A stretch of 64,000 bases of DNA from an uncultured Spirochaetota bacterium (GTDB taxonomy: Bacteria; Spirochaetota; Spirochaetia; Treponematales; Treponemataceae), in contig CALXMF010000005.1 of the NCBI GenBank assembly GCA_944389415.1, positions 19,798 to 83,797 of the forward strand, written 5' to 3'. Within the stretch, counting starts at the first letter, position 1. The number at the start of each line of letters is the position of its first letter. Below are positions 27,013-37,553 of this stretch, one piece after another. The position numbers and the translations under genes were made by a program. A model generated the notes under the pieces. The model was not told where the DNA came from and ran no database searches. It saw nothing but the letters and a program-made list of their open reading frames with translations.

Positions 27013-28719
27013 ATGCATAAAAAAGAATCTTCAGTTATACAAAAATTTTTACCATTGCTTACTCACCGCCAGAAAATCGGTTTTATTATTCTTATTTTTA
27101 TGGCAATCCTGTTATCTGTAGTAGAAACAGTTGGGATTTCTGCTATCATGCCATTTATTTCTATCGCATCAAATCCGGATCTAGTTAACCAAAATAAAAT
27201 ATATCACACTGTATACACCTTTTTAAATTTCAAGACACGCAATTCATTTATTATCTTTCTTGGCATAGGTATTATGGTGTTCTATTTTTTCAGAGCTCTG
27301 TACAATGTCTTATACACCTATTTTCTAGCCAAATATTCAAATAGTGTATTTATGCATTTGAGCAGCCGGTTATTCGCTGTTTATCTAAAACAACCGTATA
27401 CCTCGTTTCTGCAACAAAACGCTTCTACCCTCACAAATCATATTATGGGCGAAGCAAATATGACCAGTACTTACCTTCTCAGTTTTTTGCAAATTTTTCC
27501 CGAGGCATTTACTGTCACATTGTTATACATCATTATGCTTATCGCAAATACCAGTATGACACTGATACTGACCACCGTCTTAGCTATTTCAGTCGCAATC
27601 ATAATCAGAGTAATCACCAAAATCAACAGAAAACAAGGCTCAATCCGTTCCGCCGCAAACGATAAATTATACAAGACTCTTGGAGAGGCCTTTGGTAATT
27701 TTAAATTTATAACTCTGCGCGGTAATGATGCCGATTTGCTCACTCGCTTTAATACAATAAATACAAAAAAATCCCGGTCGCAGATCATCAGCACAATGCT
27801 TCAGACACTTCCTCGCTGCATCATGGAAAGCTTCGGTTTTATTATATTAATAGCAGTTATTGTGTATATAGTATGGAAATATCAATCAGCAGAAACAGTC
27901 ATACCAACAGTTTCGCTGTACGCCTTATCCATGTACCGCATTTTGCCGGCTTTGAACAGATCTATGGGATGTATCAGTACGCTTGTTTATAACCAGAAAT
28001 CTATGGATATTGTGCATGCAGACTTATCACTGCCGGTACGGCAAGAAGGAATGGCACCAGTATCTTTTAATCACACTATACGGGCAGAAAATATCTCATT
28101 CAGCTATGTAGAAAATAAAAAGATTTTGCATAAAATCGGACTTACTATTCATAAAGGTGAAAAACTTGCTATAGTCGGCGAAAGCGGCGGAGGCAAGTCA
28201 ACACTCGTTGATCTGCTCATTGGACTGCATCGTCCCGATGAAGGTGCTTTGTACGTTGATGAAACAGAAATCACAAACGACAACATCAGAGACTGGCGCA
28301 GGCACATCGGATATATTCCCCAAACAATCTATCTCTTTGATGGAACTGTAGCAGAAAATATATCTTTTGGCAGTCCGTATGACGAGAAACGAATTGAAGA
28401 AGTCTTAAAAAAGGTATGCCTGTGGGATATGCTGCAAGAACGAGAAGGCCTGCATACCCGTGTCGGAGACGGCGGAGTACAACTGAGCGGAGGACAAAAA
28501 CAGCGAATTGGCATAGCCCGTGCTATTTATACTAACCCGGATATCCTGGTGCTGGATGAGGCTACATCAGCGCTTGATACAGAAACAGAAGCCCAAATTA
28601 TGGAAGAGATATATCAGCTGAGTCAGGATAAAACACTCATCATTATTGCCCACCGGCTGTCAACGATAGAATTATGCGACAGACGGATTGAAATACATCA
28701 CGGAAAGATCAGGACTTAA
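27013..28719 (+). CDS. Fused TMD-NBD ABC exporter (MsbA/PglK-like)
   Basis: Start at MHKKESSVIQKF. Six-TM N-terminal half, Walker A GESGGGKST, signature LSGGQKQR, Walker B ILVLDEATSALD. Confidence 0.9.
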   Translation: MHKKESSVIQKFLPLLTHRQKIGFIILIFMAILLSVVETVGISAIMPFISIASNPDLVNQNKIYHTVYTFLNFKTRNSFIIFLGIGIMVFYFFRALYNVLYTYFLAKYSNSVFMHLSSRLFAVYLKQPYTSFLQQNASTLTNHIMGEANMTSTYLLSFLQIFPEAFTVTLLYIIMLIANTSMTLILTTVLAISVAIIIRVITKINRKQGSIRSAANDKLYKTLGEAFGNFKFITLRGNDADLLTRFNTINTKKSRSQIISTMLQTLPRCIMESFGFIILIAVIVYIVWKYQSAETVIPTVSLYALSMYRILPALNRSMGCISTLVYNQKSMDIVHADLSLPVRQEGMAPVSFNHTIRAENISFSYVENKKILHKIGLTIHKGEKLAIVGESGGGKSTLVDLLIGLHRPDEGALYVDETEITNDNIRDWRRHIGYIPQTIYLFDGTVAENISFGSPYDEKRIEEVLKKVCLWDMLQEREGLHTRVGDGGVQLSGGQKQRIGIARAIYTNPDILVLDEATSALDTETEAQIMEEIYQLSQDKTLIIIAHRLSTIELCDRRIEIHHGKIRT

Positions 28720-28724
28720 TTTTT

Positions 28725-30401
28725 ATGAATATTTTTAATATAAAACATACTTTTACTAAATTTACTATCGGCTGTTGTCTGCTGTCTGCTGCGTTCGCGC
28801 AGGAAGCGTTAAAATCTACAGAAGAGGAATATTACGATTTTCTGTCTATTCAGGGACTCGCGGAACGTCCGACCCTGAATTACCGCACACTATCTGACTC
28901 TGAATGGAAACTGACTGGAGAGGCAGAAGATGGCAATCATGTGTGGGCGGATAATAATCTGGGAACCCGTTTTATCCTGTGGCAGGCGGCAAATCCGGCG
29001 GATAACTGGTTTGTACGGGGCATAGACCAGAGCATTACTATGAAAGTATACGGCCCTGAATGGTTTAACAGCTTTAATACCGCTGCCCCTTACGGTCAGA
29101 ATGACGGCGCGCTCTGGCAGGGACGCGGTTATAATACAAGTCTTACCGGCGGTATCCGCTTTGAGGCATACGGTTTTGAGGCGACATTTAAACCGCAGCT
29201 CAGCTTTAGCCAGAACATGGCGTTTGATATTATGCCTTCCGCCTACGACAGTGAATACGGTTATTTCTGGGGATACAGTAAGAATGTCGGCGTAGACGCT
29301 CCACAGCGTTTCGGTAATAAGCCGTTCTTTACCTATGACTGGGGCGACACGGAAATCCGCTGGAGCTGGCATACATTTACAGTGGGTTTTGGGACGCAAT
29401 CAATCTGGCTTGGTCCGGCATACCTGAATCCCATACTGCACTCAAATAACGCAGCCACATATCCTAAATTTGACATCGGATTACGAAAACAACGAATTGT
29501 TATACCAAAACTCGGCTGGTATCTGGGAGATATTGAATTCCGATTATGGACAGGTTACCTCAGTGAATCTGAATACTTTGATAATGACAGCAGCAATGAT
29601 CATAACATGATTCACGGATTAAGTTTTGCGTACTCGCCCTCATTCCTGCCAGGATTAACTCTTTTTGCAAATAGAACATGTTTGGTAAAATGGGACTGGG
29701 CAAACCTGAAATATATCTGGCCTGCACTAGCAAATACCCATATAGGAGAACAGGGAGCCGGGGAAGATCAGAAAATGTCATTTGGTTTTTCTTGGCTTTT
29801 CCCACAAGTGGGGTTTGAAATATATGCAGAATTAGGTATTGATGATTTCACACCTTCAAACACCTTAGGATTTATCAGATATCCTTTTGACACGATGGTC
29901 TATACCTTAGGATTTGAAAAGTCTTTCGCAATAAATGATTCAAAAAAAATTTATGCACTAATCAATTTTGAATCAAATTTCCTAGAAAAAAATACACACC
30001 GCTCAGGAAGTAATTATACATACTATTTTCATCATCAAATTACACAGGGATATACAAATAGAGGACAATGGTTAGCTGCAGGTATTGGAACCGGAGGAAA
30101 TTCTCAGTATTGTAGTATTTCAGTTATTTATCCTCAAGGTCAAACTTCTTTATTTTTTCATAGATATAATGTTGATAATGATTATGCATATTGGGGATGG
30201 AATCATTTAGATCAATATCGTTATAAAACGAATTTTATAATTGGGATTAAGCAACAGTATTATCTTTTAAGCTCATTAAGTATAAACGGGAGTTTTGTAT
30301 ATGATATGATCATAAACCCATTATATGATGGAACAGTTAATGCTGACGAGTACTTACAACATAACATATCATTATCAATAGGAATAAAATACACCTTATA
30401 G
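28725..30401 (+). CDS. Outer-membrane beta-barrel protein, probably Wzi-family capsule assembly protein
   Basis: Signal peptide, an N-terminal YYDFLSIQGLAERPTLNYRTLS segment resembling the Wzi helical plug, aromatic-rich beta-strand pattern and a C-terminal ...IGIKYTL. The family call is from memory. Confidence 0.55.
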   Translation: MNIFNIKHTFTKFTIGCCLLSAAFAQEALKSTEEEYYDFLSIQGLAERPTLNYRTLSDSEWKLTGEAEDGNHVWADNNLGTRFILWQAANPADNWFVRGIDQSITMKVYGPEWFNSFNTAAPYGQNDGALWQGRGYNTSLTGGIRFEAYGFEATFKPQLSFSQNMAFDIMPSAYDSEYGYFWGYSKNVGVDAPQRFGNKPFFTYDWGDTEIRWSWHTFTVGFGTQSIWLGPAYLNPILHSNNAATYPKFDIGLRKQRIVIPKLGWYLGDIEFRLWTGYLSESEYFDNDSSNDHNMIHGLSFAYSPSFLPGLTLFANRTCLVKWDWANLKYIWPALANTHIGEQGAGEDQKMSFGFSWLFPQVGFEIYAELGIDDFTPSNTLGFIRYPFDTMVYTLGFEKSFAINDSKKIYALINFESNFLEKNTHRSGSNYTYYFHHQITQGYTNRGQWLAAGIGTGGNSQYCSISVIYPQGQTSLFFHRYNVDNDYAYWGWNHLDQYRYKTNFIIGIKQQYYLLSSLSINGSFVYDMIINPLYDGTVNADEYLQHNISLSIGIKYTL

Positions 30402-30524
30402 AACATGATAAATGCTCGATACAAAGCCATTTTTACAATATAGCATTGCCATTTTTCTTGATACAGGGATACATCTTTACTTTTTTCATAAAAAAAATTT
30501 CTTCCTTATTTTTCGTATGCTGTT

Positions 30525-30546
30525 TTATAGTTCAGCAGAACTATAA
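30525..30546 (+). terminator. AT-rich hairpin after the Wzi-like gene (weak terminator or operator)
   Basis: TTATAGTTC-agca-GAACTATAA, perfect 9-bp stem. Confidence 0.25.
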
Positions 30547-30579
30547 AGAAAATTTTATTTGTTATAAAGAGACATTACA

Positions 30580-31491
30580 ATGATAACAAAAAAAACAATT
30601 CCTTTAGAAACCACAATCACATTTGAAACAAAATGTTATGAAAATGATTGGGAATATATATTAAAAGGTTCATACCTAAAAAAAATGATCGATAGATGCG
30701 GGATACAGTTTACTGTACGGCAGCTCATCATAAACAACATAAAAAACAGAGAACTTGTAGAATCTTACGCAAAACGAAAAGTAGCTGAAGGTGTAATAGA
30801 TGTATATTATTTTACAGAAGATACAGAAGAAGAAGTTTTAAATTTTTTTAAGCTCACAAAGGAGTCCTTAGGAAAAGGTTTTGTGTATTCTATATCAGAG
30901 TTTACCGGTATTTATAAATGTAAAACAGATTTCTTACTGCATTTTTCAAGCGACGCCTATTTAACAAAAACGGCAAAAAAATCAACATGGATTTCAGAAG
31001 CGATAGAACAAATGAAAAACAACAATACTTTCATCGTTGCAACCCCATGTTGGAATCATCTGTATTTATCAGCAAAAGCAGAATCATATGGGACGACAGG
31101 GAATTTTTATCTAGCACAAGGTTTTTCAGACCAATGCTATCTGATTCCTGTAAAGATATTTCAGCAAAAAATATATAACGAGAAGCACCCATATTCGGAA
31201 CGTTACCCACAATATGGAGGAGAATTGTTTGAAAAACGAGTCGATTCCTTTCTCCGTACACATGATTACTACAGATTAATCTACAAAAAAGTCTCATATA
31301 TTCACGCTAATTTCCCCAAAACAAAAGCAAAAAAGAAAGCATATATGTTTGTCACAAAAAAATTGGGGAATGAATTTACAACTCTTTTTCGTACACCTTC
31401 CTGTATACATAGATTCTATGATATTATTATATCAGTCGTCAAAACACTCTTTCATCGGTATACCAATATGACACATAAGGAGTTTAATTAA
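30580..31491 (+). CDS. Hypothetical protein, possibly a GT-A-fold transferase
   Basis: 303-aa ORF co-directional within the glycan locus. I recognise no clear signature. Confidence 0.55.
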   Translation: MITKKTIPLETTITFETKCYENDWEYILKGSYLKKMIDRCGIQFTVRQLIINNIKNRELVESYAKRKVAEGVIDVYYFTEDTEEEVLNFFKLTKESLGKGFVYSISEFTGIYKCKTDFLLHFSSDAYLTKTAKKSTWISEAIEQMKNNNTFIVATPCWNHLYLSAKAESYGTTGNFYLAQGFSDQCYLIPVKIFQQKIYNEKHPYSERYPQYGGELFEKRVDSFLRTHDYYRLIYKKVSYIHANFPKTKAKKKAYMFVTKKLGNEFTTLFRTPSCIHRFYDIIISVVKTLFHRYTNMTHKEFN

Positions 31492-31492
31492 T

Positions 31493-32530
31493 ATGGTGAT
31501 TGTTTTTCATTCCAATCAAATTGCAGAAAGAGGAACAGAAACTGCCATAATAGATTATGCCCTTGCAAATGAACAAATTCTAAACAATATATCCATCATC
31601 TCATTTCCTTCATATAAAATACTAAATAAAGAAAGGTACGATTATATAAAATCAAGATTTCAAACGATAGAATACCAAGAGAAAAAAGATCTGCATGATT
31701 TCTTAGTTGCTAATAAAGCCGATCTATTATATATCATAGAAGATGGAGAAGCGTATCCCGATACAGTCGATCTTCTGCCAGAGAAGAGACCTTATAAAAC
31801 ATTTGTTCATGCTGTCTTTTCAACAAAGCGAAAACATGGAGATTTTTATTGCCCTATCTCCAACTATCTAAACAAAGCTTATCATACCCACTACCCGGTT
31901 TTACCACATATTGTTAAACCTTTTAACAATACTACAGCCGACTTGCGTAGAGAATTCTCAATACCAACTACAGCGACTGTTTTCGGAGGTTATGGAGGGA
32001 AAGATAGTTTTGATATACCTTTTGTCCATGCCGCTGTTATTGCTGTTGCCAAAACGAATCCCAATTGCTATTTTCTTTTCATGAATTTTAGGGATTTTAC
32101 AATAACAGAACAGACTAAATTACGTAATATTATCTTTTTGCCAGGTAATACAGATAATTTATACAAAGAAAAATTTATTAATACGTGTGACGCGATGCTT
32201 CACGCAAGAACAGATGGTGAGACCTTTGGACTTGCAGTTGCTGAATTTGCAACAAAAAACAAACCAATTATTACGTATAAAAAACCGTTGTGGTATATGC
32301 CCATCAAACTATTAAAGTGGATTATGCATAAGCGCGAATTTTATCAAACAGCACATTTAATGAATTTAGGTAAAAACGCAATCACATATAGTAATAGTAA
32401 AGAGTTAGTTAAGATTCTTACCAAGTTTAATAAGAACCACATTTCAAAACAAAAGATAAGTAAAAATTTTTTACAATTTTCAGAAGTTAATGTAATGAGA
32501 ATTTTCAATAAAATTATAAGTAATTCTTAA
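31493..32530 (+). CDS. Glycosyltransferase (GT-B fold, GT1/GT4-like C-terminal domain)
   Basis: GETFGLAVAEFATKNKPIITY resembles the E-x7-E region. Confidence 0.65.
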   Translation: MVIVFHSNQIAERGTETAIIDYALANEQILNNISIISFPSYKILNKERYDYIKSRFQTIEYQEKKDLHDFLVANKADLLYIIEDGEAYPDTVDLLPEKRPYKTFVHAVFSTKRKHGDFYCPISNYLNKAYHTHYPVLPHIVKPFNNTTADLRREFSIPTTATVFGGYGGKDSFDIPFVHAAVIAVAKTNPNCYFLFMNFRDFTITEQTKLRNIIFLPGNTDNLYKEKFINTCDAMLHARTDGETFGLAVAEFATKNKPIITYKKPLWYMPIKLLKWIMHKREFYQTAHLMNLGKNAITYSNSKELVKILTKFNKNHISKQKISKNFLQFSEVNVMRIFNKIISNS

Positions 32531-32539
32531 GGCAATACC

Positions 32540-33730
32540 ATGGCTAAACTAGTGCTATTTTTTTTAAACAATCCTTTTTATCCAGTTCATTTACAAAAAG
32601 ATGTCGGTCTTTTTCCACTCTACTTACAAAAAAGTTATTTTAATTCTGCTCAAATATTAAAAATCGGGGATAGAAAACAAGAGGATTATCTTTTTCAAGG
32701 AATCAATGTATCAAATCTTTTTATTTATCCTAAATTATACCAACCTGATTGCAAGATCAGCCTTTTTTATGAGTATAAATGTATTTTTAAAAGTTTATGG
32801 TACATATGCACACATCGTGATGTTACACATATAATGATGTTTCACATAAATAGATTCAGTTTATATTTTTCCTTTTTGCTTAAATTTTTCTTTCCTAAGA
32901 TAAAAACATATGTAAAATGTGATACTTCAGCAAAATCCACTACACAATACCCACATTTTAAAAATCCGTCTACAATTAAACAGTACATCAAAAAAAAGAT
33001 GTATGACAGTATCGACTTATTCACTATCGAAGCATTTTCTGCATATCAAGCTCTATATGATAATCCGTTTTTTCATAATAGGAATCTGCATCTTATTCCT
33101 AATGGACTTGATAATAACTGGAGATCATTGAGTTTAAAAAACAAAACAAAAACTATTATTACGGTTGGTCGATTAGGAACATATCAAAAAAATACAGAAT
33201 TGTTCCTAGATGCTATTACAAAACTAAACATTAAAGATTGGATAATTAAATTAATTGGTCCAATCGAAACAGCAGAATATAACTTTCAAAAATACATTGA
33301 TACTTTTTTTGCAGAGCATCCCCATTTAAAACAAAATGTTATATTTTCAGGAGCTATCACTGATCCAACAACACTACAGAAGGAATATGAATCAGCTTCT
33401 ATATTTATCTCCACATCGCGTTATGAAGCTTTTAGCATTGCGTTATTGGAAGCCGCAGGTGCAGGATGTTATATAATAGCAACAAATGTTGGAGCCGCCT
33501 ATGATATAACAAATAATGGAACATTAGGATATCTTTGTAATTATAGTGAAGCATATAATCAAAATGAACAGCTCATACAAGAACAAATAACAAAACAGGT
33601 ACAACAGATTATCGATGGAAACATAAATTTACACATGATTCAAAAGAAGCAAAGCGATTTCATAAATAAACATTTCATGATACAGGATATCGTTCAACAC
33701 CCCTGTTTCAAAGAATGGGTAAACAGTTAA
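32540..33730 (+). CDS. Glycosyltransferase family 4
   Basis: STSRYEAFSIALLEAAGAGCYIIATNVGAA (E-x7-E motif). Confidence 0.8.
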   Translation: MAKLVLFFLNNPFYPVHLQKDVGLFPLYLQKSYFNSAQILKIGDRKQEDYLFQGINVSNLFIYPKLYQPDCKISLFYEYKCIFKSLWYICTHRDVTHIMMFHINRFSLYFSFLLKFFFPKIKTYVKCDTSAKSTTQYPHFKNPSTIKQYIKKKMYDSIDLFTIEAFSAYQALYDNPFFHNRNLHLIPNGLDNNWRSLSLKNKTKTIITVGRLGTYQKNTELFLDAITKLNIKDWIIKLIGPIETAEYNFQKYIDTFFAEHPHLKQNVIFSGAITDPTTLQKEYESASIFISTSRYEAFSIALLEAAGAGCYIIATNVGAAYDITNNGTLGYLCNYSEAYNQNEQLIQEQITKQVQQIIDGNINLHMIQKKQSDFINKHFMIQDIVQHPCFKEWVNS

Positions 33731-33748
33731 TAAGGAGAGTATAAATAT

Positions 33749-34561
33749 ATGACCTTTAATACAGGAGAAACATCAGAAACGTTAAGGCAAACATATAATC
33801 CCGATGGAAGCACACTGAGAAAAGCACAATTACGCATGTTGGATATGTTATTATTTTTAGACAAAATCTGTAAAGAAAATGACATTCAATACTTTTTATC
33901 AGATGGAAATCTGCTTGGTGCAGTCAGGCATGGAGGTTTTATTCCATGGGATGATGATATGGACATTATTATTATGGAGAAAGACGCCAAACGCCTAAAA
34001 AAAATCCTACTAACCCAATATAAAGATACACCATATGTATTACAATGCCATCAAACAGATCATAATTATAAACAATTCTGGTATGTGTTAAGAGATCGAT
34101 ACAGTGAATACATACAGGATTCACAAATACATAAAGCAAGAAAATATAAAGGATTACAAGTTGATATTTTTATTTACTCTGATAAAATTATTCCTATCTT
34201 AAAAAAGATAAGCTACCAAATAGTAAAACTATCTAACAAAATGATCGAAAAACAACATTTGAAAGCAGCGGAATTCCTTTTCGCTATTAATAATTTATTA
34301 GTTATACCAATTTTTAAATTTATAAGTCTGTTTAAAATCAATAAAAATGATATCTCTCATACTTACACTGCCAAATGGTACACATCCTTTAAAAAAGACG
34401 AAATTTTCCCGTTAGGCACAATCCAGTTTGAAGGACATACAATTCCTGCTCCCAGAAATACCACATATTACCTGGAGACGTTATTTGGAGCAAATTATAT
34501 GGATTTACCATCAATCGAAAAAAGAGATGCGCACAAAGCAAATATTCTCTTTTATAAATAA
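33749..34561 (+). CDS. licD: LicD-family phosphotransferase
   Basis: LRMLDMLLFLDKICKENDIQYFLSDGNLLGAVRHGGFIPWDDDMDIIIM (LicD nucleotidyltransferase-fold DxD). Confidence 0.85.
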   Translation: MTFNTGETSETLRQTYNPDGSTLRKAQLRMLDMLLFLDKICKENDIQYFLSDGNLLGAVRHGGFIPWDDDMDIIIMEKDAKRLKKILLTQYKDTPYVLQCHQTDHNYKQFWYVLRDRYSEYIQDSQIHKARKYKGLQVDIFIYSDKIIPILKKISYQIVKLSNKMIEKQHLKAAEFLFAINNLLVIPIFKFISLFKINKNDISHTYTAKWYTSFKKDEIFPLGTIQFEGHTIPAPRNTTYYLETLFGANYMDLPSIEKRDAHKANILFYK

Positions 34562-34572
34562 ACAACATACCT

Positions 34573-35490
34573 ATGCATGTTTCAGTAATTATCATCAGCT
34601 ATAACACAAAAGATTTATTAAAACAATGTTTAGATTCCATTATTACTCATACTACAGATATTGATTATGAAATACTGGTCTCAGACAACGGCTCTACAGA
34701 CGGAAGTATCGAGATGTTATCTCAATACCCTTTTCCTATCCATTTAATTAAAAACAATGAGAATCTTGGGTTTGGAGCAGCAAATAATCGTGCTTTATCT
34801 TATGCAACAGGTAAATATATTTTCTATTTGAACAGTGATACAATTTTGTTAAACAATGCAATAAAACTCTTTTATGACTATTGGGAAAATGCATCACCAG
34901 AATTAGATATAGGTGCGTTAGGAGCAAACCTTTTAAATCAAAGACAGGAAATTATCCACTCATATGCTCAATTTCCTCAAATTAAAACAGAAATCAAGAA
35001 CAAATTACATGCTGTTTACAGAGTACTTAAAATAAATTTTCTATCTCGATTTATACCAGCAAAATTATCAAATACTCCATCAAATTCAGTACATTCTAAA
35101 TATATCGGTCTTGTTGATTATATAACCGGGGCTGATCTTTTTATAAAAAATACACCTTTTGCCCGTTTTGACGAAAGATATTTTATGTACTGCGAAGACG
35201 TTGATTTATCGTATCAATTATATAAACATAACCTTAATAGGTATTTAATTGATGGCCCTCAGATCATCCATTTAGAAGGAGGATCTTCAATCAAAGAAAT
35301 AGACGAAGTAAAGAAATATAAATCTTTTTCTAATATTTATAATTCTATTTCTAAGGTTATCTTTTTTAAAAAAAATAAAAGCCCGTATGTATATATTTTC
35401 ATTCTCAAATGTTGTACAACACTATTGTGGTGTATGCCAAGCTTGTTTCCGCATACAAAGAAATATCTTAAAATTTTATGGAAAATATGA
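34573..35490 (+). CDS. Glycosyltransferase family 2
   Basis: VSVIIISYNTKDLLKQCLDSI...SDNGSTDGS...NSDT. Confidence 0.85.
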   Translation: MHVSVIIISYNTKDLLKQCLDSIITHTTDIDYEILVSDNGSTDGSIEMLSQYPFPIHLIKNNENLGFGAANNRALSYATGKYIFYLNSDTILLNNAIKLFYDYWENASPELDIGALGANLLNQRQEIIHSYAQFPQIKTEIKNKLHAVYRVLKINFLSRFIPAKLSNTPSNSVHSKYIGLVDYITGADLFIKNTPFARFDERYFMYCEDVDLSYQLYKHNLNRYLIDGPQIIHLEGGSSIKEIDEVKKYKSFSNIYNSISKVIFFKKNKSPYVYIFILKCCTTLLWCMPSLFPHTKKYLKILWKI

Positions 35491-36653
35491 AAACAATTGC
35501 ATTCTACATCAGTAATATCATATATCGAGTTGGTGGTACAGAATCATATACTGCCAATATGCTTGAAGTACTGCAAAAAATACACCCGGAATACAGATAT
35601 ATGATAATCACAGAGCGTTACCCGCATACACAGGGATTAAACGAGGCTGATCTTGCCAGTAAATTAAATTCTATATATGGTTTGCATATCGCAAGTGAAA
35701 ATATATGTATCAAATATATCTGTGCACCTGATCATAAAAACCGGTGGCAGTATCTGTATTTTTATCATAAAATTCGTTCTATAACAAAGCATGTTGATTT
35801 GTTTATATACTGCTCACGAGGCTTATATAGTAGTTGTGCAAAAAAAAATATCGCGGTGATTCACTTTCCCACAGAACCTAAAGAAAAAAAATCTTTCTCA
35901 AAAAACTATCCGCTTCTCAGGTGGTTTGCTTACAAAACAGATCGTTCATATCTGCAAACATATGACCTTTTTTTACCTAATTCGCACTTTACCGCATACT
36001 GGCTCAAAAAGTGGTGGAATATTCCAGATGATAAAATAAAAATAGTATATCCTCCGGTAACGCCAATACCCGTTCCTGCTCATACTATAAAGGAAAAAAC
36101 AATACTCATATGCAGCCGTATAGAACAATCAAAAAGAATAGAATATCTCATACAGGCATTTCTGAATTCGCACTACCTTTCAACACACTTTACTCTCATA
36201 ATAGCAGGTTCTACACAACAAGAGGATTCAGCCTATATTGACAGTATAAAGAACCAGCCTGACTGCGTACAATTTATATTTAATCCGGATAGAGCAGTTA
36301 TTCAGCAATTATATATTGCCGCAACCTTTTTCTGGCATGCAAAAGGATTTGGCATTGAAGAATCTGAAAATCCATATCAAATGGAACATTTTGGGATTAC
36401 CACTGTTGAAGCAATGAGCGCCGGTTGTATCCCCGTAGTCATTAATAAAGGCGGTCAAAAAGAAATTGTAACCGAAAATGTTGGATATACTTGGGATACG
36501 CTAGAGCAGCTTATCAGATACACCGAAGATGCTGCGCAAAACAGCCAAAAGCTACAAACACTATCTCAAAATGCCCAAATACAAAGCAGACAGTTCCTTA
36601 AATCTTCGTTTTCAGAGCAACTAAAATGTTTGATAGATACCCTGCACTTATAA
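35478..36653 (+). CDS. Glycosyltransferase family 4
   Basis: EHFGITTVEAMSAGCIPVVINKGGQKEIV. Confidence 0.8.
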   Translation: MENMKTIAFYISNIIYRVGGTESYTANMLEVLQKIHPEYRYMIITERYPHTQGLNEADLASKLNSIYGLHIASENICIKYICAPDHKNRWQYLYFYHKIRSITKHVDLFIYCSRGLYSSCAKKNIAVIHFPTEPKEKKSFSKNYPLLRWFAYKTDRSYLQTYDLFLPNSHFTAYWLKKWWNIPDDKIKIVYPPVTPIPVPAHTIKEKTILICSRIEQSKRIEYLIQAFLNSHYLSTHFTLIIAGSTQQEDSAYIDSIKNQPDCVQFIFNPDRAVIQQLYIAATFFWHAKGFGIEESENPYQMEHFGITTVEAMSAGCIPVVINKGGQKEIVTENVGYTWDTLEQLIRYTEDAAQNSQKLQTLSQNAQIQSRQFLKSSFSEQLKCLIDTLHL

Positions 36654-37528
36654 TAATACCTCAGAAGATACGCTCAAAATTTGAGAAACAATATAACAAT
36701 CTTGTAGAGCCGTTCTACTGTAAATACTATGAAAAACTGATGCCTCATAAACTCTCAGGCATCAATACACACCCTCGGCAAAAAAAGATTATAGTATCCT
36801 TGGCAAGCTATCCAGCGAGGTTTTCAACACTACACCTCTGTTTAAAAAGTATTTTAAATCAAACTCTCAAACCAGATGCCATAATATTGAATATAGATGA
36901 TTATGTATCTATCAATGAAATTCCGGAAGAAGTACAAAGTCTGCAAAAATATGGTTTGACAATTAAATTTGTTCCACACGATTTAAAACCGCATAAAAAA
37001 TATCTCTTTACGATGCAGGAGTATCCTGATGCAATAATCATAACAATAGATGATGATGTAATTTATCGCAGGAATTTGATTAAACAGTTGTTCTTATCTT
37101 ATACTAAATATCCAAATGCAATCTCCGCGATGAGAGTCCATAAAATGCGCAAAACAGAAAAAAACATGATTGATAAGTATACAAAATGGTTTTTTGAGTT
37201 TTCTCATTGTACACAGCCAAGTTTTGCTCTTTGCGCAACAGGTATCGGAGGGATTTTATATCCTCCTCATTCACTCGACACAGAAGTATTTAATATTTCC
37301 CAAATAAAAGCATTATGCCTCAAAGCAGATGATATTTGGTTAAAATTCATGGAGCTACGACAAAAAACTCCCGTAGTTTGGGTAAAATCGTCACATATTC
37401 TCCCAATAGAAATCAAACAGCAACAAAACCATGGACTTAATATTGAAAATGTTTTACACGATTCTAATGATCGCTATATACAAATACTTCAGAATGAATA
37501 TCATATTAACCTGGCTGACTATTGCTGA
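36626..37528 (+). CDS. Putative glycosyltransferase (GT-A-like, DxD IDDDV); start uncertain
   Basis: IIVSLASYPARFSTLHLCLKSILNQTLKPDAIILNIDD and ITIDDDVIY. A 28-nt overlap with the upstream gene suggests a later start is possible (M at 36740). Confidence 0.55.
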   Translation: MFDRYPALIIIPQKIRSKFEKQYNNLVEPFYCKYYEKLMPHKLSGINTHPRQKKIIVSLASYPARFSTLHLCLKSILNQTLKPDAIILNIDDYVSINEIPEEVQSLQKYGLTIKFVPHDLKPHKKYLFTMQEYPDAIIITIDDDVIYRRNLIKQLFLSYTKYPNAISAMRVHKMRKTEKNMIDKYTKWFFEFSHCTQPSFALCATGIGGILYPPHSLDTEVFNISQIKALCLKADDIWLKFMELRQKTPVVWVKSSHILPIEIKQQQNHGLNIENVLHDSNDRYIQILQNEYHINLADYC

Positions 37529-37553
37529 TACCATTCAATAAAAAGGATCTTTT

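Noticed and set aside
28890-29399. 169-aa antisense ORF within the GC-rich half of the Wzi-like gene
   Set aside because: It is the typical antisense open frame of a GC-richer segment. It has no RBS, and the sense strand carries the signal peptide and beta-barrel pattern.
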